Part shown: positions 61,705-64,000 of the stretch, one piece after another
Position numbering within the stretch: the stretch's first letter is position 1
How the letters are laid out: the number at the start of each line of letters is the position of its first letter
Assembly (NCBI GenBank): GCA_963803435.1
Contig: CAWDML010000005.1
Span: 416,001-480,000, forward strand
DNA: 64,000 nt
Source: an uncultured delta proteobacterium
GTDB taxonomy: Bacteria; Myxococcota; Kuafuiibacteriia; Kuafuiibacteriales; Kuafuiibacteriaceae
Direction of reading: 5' to 3'
Translations under genes and position numbers: made by a program
Notes under the pieces: generated by a model
Database searches by the model: none
Told to the model about the DNA's origin: nothing
What the model saw: only the letters and a program-made list of their open reading frames with translations

Positions 61705-64000
61705 ATGACCAAAGCAACACCTCCCCATGGACTTCTGCCCGCTGAAGTCGACGCGTTCGAGGCGCTTTCGGAGCTGGCCTTGGATATGCGTTGGTCGTGG
61801 AATCACGCGACCGACGAGGTGTGGCGACGGCTCGATCCTGCGCTCTGGGCGATCACGCACAATCCGTGGGCGGTGCTGCAGACGGCCTCGCGCGACGAGA
61901 TCAAGCGCGTCTTCGCCGATTCTGAGTTTCGAACGCAGGTGGATCTCCTCGTGCGAGACCGTCAGCAAGCACTGAACGCGCCGACCTGGTTTCAGCAGCA
62001 CCATCCACACGGATCCCTCGGCTGCGTGGCCTATTTCAGCATGGAATTCATGCTCAGCGAAGCTTTGCCCATCTACTCGGGCGGTCTTGGCAATGTCGCA
62101 GGCGATCAACTCAAAGCGATGAGTGATCTGGGCGTGCCCGCGGTCGGCGTAGGCCTCTTGTATCAACAGGGCTATTTTCGCCAGGTGATCGACAAGGAGG
62201 GTGCGCAGCAGGCCCTCTTTCCATACAACGATCCTGGGCAGCTTCCGATCACACCGTTGCGTCGGTCCAACGGTGAGTGGTTGCGCTTGGAGATTGCCTT
62301 GCCCGGTTATTCGGTTTGGTTGCGCGCGTGGCAGGCTCAGGTCGGCCGCGTGAAGCTCTTTCTGTTGGACAGCAACGACCCAGCGAACTTGCCCGCTCAC
62401 CGCGCCATTACCAGCGAGCTCTATGGCGGCGGGCCAGAGCTGCGCCTCAAGCAGGAGTTGCTGCTCGGGATCGGTGGATGGCGACTGCTGGATGCGCTCA
62501 GCGTCGCGCCCGAAGTCTGCCATCTCAATGAAGGACATGCTGCCTTTGCCGTGCTGGAGCGGGCCCGGAGTTTCATGGAAGCGGCCGGGCAGCCCTTCGA
62601 GGTTGCGCTGAGCGTCACTCGCGCCGGGAACCTGTTCACGACCCACACCGCTGTGGCCGCCGGCTTCGACCGTTTCACTCCCGCGCTTATCGAGCAGTAT
62701 CTCCGAGGCTATGCGGAGGAGAAGCTTGGGATCCCGGTGCACGAGCTCTTGGGCCTCGGCCGGCAGAATCCAAACGACACCTCCGAGCCGTTCAACATGG
62801 CGTACTTGGCGATCCGCGGGAGCGGATCCGTCAACGGCGTGAGTCGCCTGCACGGGAAGGTGAGCCGACAGATCTTCGAGCCGCTCTTTCCCCACTGGCC
62901 GGAGGACGAAGTGCCGGTTGGGCATGTGACCAACGGCGTTCACATGCCGACCTGGGATTCGGAAGCCGCCGATGCTCTCTGGACCGAAGCCTGTGGAAAG
63001 GATCGATGGCTGGGGGCGGCGGACACCTTGGAGCACGACATTCGCCGTGTCTCCGACGCCAAACTCTGGGAACTGCACTCCGCTGCCAGCAGCTCTCTGG
63101 TCACCTATGCCCGCGAACGCTTGTCCCGGCAGCTGACCGCCTCGGGTGCCTCGCCCGCGGCGGTGGACAACGCAAAACATGTACTCGACCCCAATGCCCT
63201 GACCCTGGGCTTTGCCCGCAGATTTGCGACTTACAAAAGGCCGAACTTGTTACTGCATGATCCGGCGCGGCTGCTTCGCCTTCTCGCCAATCCCGCGCGC
63301 CCGGTGCAGCTGATCCTGGCCGGCAAAGCTCACCCGGCCGATCGAGCGGGGCAGGACTTGATCCAAGAATGGATTCGCTTCATTCGCCGGCCCGAGGCGC
63401 GACCCCACGTGGTCTTCTTGAGCGACTACGACATGCTCTTGACGGAGCATCTGGTGCGCGGGGTGGACGTCTGGATCAACACGCCGCGGCGACCCTGGGA
63501 GGCGTGCGGAACGAGCGGCATGAAGGTGCTGGTCAACGGCGGCATCAATCTTTCGGAGTTGGACGGTTGGTGGGCGGAGGCGTACGCGCCCGAGCTGGGG
63601 TGGGCGCTGGGGGATGGCCGTGAGCACGGCGATGATCCCGCGTGGGACGCCGTCGAGGCGGATGCGCTCTACGACCTCCTCGAGCGAGAGGTGATCCCGG
63701 AGTTTTACACCCGCGACCAGCGGGCCATTCCCACGGCGTGGGTCCGACGGATGCGGGAGAGTATGGCGCGGTTGACGCCTCGCTTCTCGACCAACCGAAC
63801 CGTCCACGAATACACCGAGCAACATTACCTGCCAGCGGCTCGCGCCTACCGCACCCGGATGGCCAACAAGGGGGCGATTGGAGCGCGAATCGTCGACTGG
63901 CAGCATCGGCTGAACGAGAAGTGGAACGAGGTATCGTTCGGCGAGGCGAAGGTCGAAACCTATGGCGAGCAGCATCGATTTGACCTTCAGGTCCATCTCG
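61705..64000 (+). CDS. glgP: Alpha-glucan phosphorylase (runs off the window; absent from the ORF track)
   Basis: Hand translation WSWNH, YFSMEF, YSGGLG, HLNEGH, ARRFATYKR, EACGTSGMK. Confidence 0.93.
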   Translation, partial: MTKATPPHGLLPAEVDAFEALSELALDMRWSWNHATDEVWRRLDPALWAITHNPWAVLQTASRDEIKRVFADSEFRTQVDLLVRDRQQALNAPTWFQQHHPHGSLGCVAYFSMEFMLSEALPIYSGGLGNVAGDQLKAMSDLGVPAVGVGLLYQQGYFRQVIDKEGAQQALFPYNDPGQLPITPLRRSNGEWLRLEIALPGYSVWLRAWQAQVGRVKLFLLDSNDPANLPAHRAITSELYGGGPELRLKQELLLGIGGWRLLDALSVAPEVCHLNEGHAAFAVLERARSFMEAAGQPFEVALSVTRAGNLFTTHTAVAAGFDRFTPALIEQYLRGYAEEKLGIPVHELLGLGRQNPNDTSEPFNMAYLAIRGSGSVNGVSRLHGKVSRQIFEPLFPHWPEDEVPVGHVTNGVHMPTWDSEAADALWTEACGKDRWLGAADTLEHDIRRVSDAKLWELHSAASSSLVTYARERLSRQLTASGASPAAVDNAKHVLDPNALTLGFARRFATYKRPNLLLHDPARLLRLLANPARPVQLILAGKAHPADRAGQDLIQEWIRFIRRPEARPHVVFLSDYDMLLTEHLVRGVDVWINTPRRPWEACGTSGMKVLVNGGINLSELDGWWAEAYAPELGWALGDGREHGDDPAWDAVEADALYDLLEREVIPEFYTRDQRAIPTAWVRRMRESMARLTPRFSTNRTVHEYTEQHYLPAARAYRTRMANKGAIGARIVDWQHRLNEKWNEVSFGEAKVETYGEQHRFDLQVHL

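Overview
High-GC bacterial DNA. The gene content suggests Myxococcota/deltaproteobacteria (inferred from the OmpA-TSP3, ASH/Ig-repeat and Cys-rich lipoproteins and a myxobacterial-type toxin scaffold). There are four zones. (1) 1-11 kb is an accessory mosaic of intact genes (MFS, DsrE, mcl-PHA depolymerase with a MerR-TetR regulator) and gene scraps. (2) 11-28.4 kb is ordinary core-like sequence (yggU, orn, degP, MATE, sppA, ddpX, mog). (3) 28.5-48.4 kb is a ~20 kb island bounded by two copies of the 5' HALF of tRNA-Val(CAC), each ending exactly at the anticodon loop. It has a tyrosine integrase at its right end and carries a polymorphic toxin/immunity pair, an orphan Imm17, RHS debris, a RelE/ParE TA pair and an IS1182-derived element with hexamer-repeat ends and an Avd-like four-helix-bundle passenger. 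(4) From 48.4 kb a probable second tandem island begins. It opens with a defence cluster (Ser/Thr kinase, AbiE pair, kinase-fused dCTP deaminase with a coupled micro-ORF, hairpin-rich flanks and an IS4-type MITE) and continues into a zwf/gnd/glgP stress-carbohydrate block. Several single-base frameshifts may be sequencing errors. All product calls come from motif recognition by eye; no searches were run.
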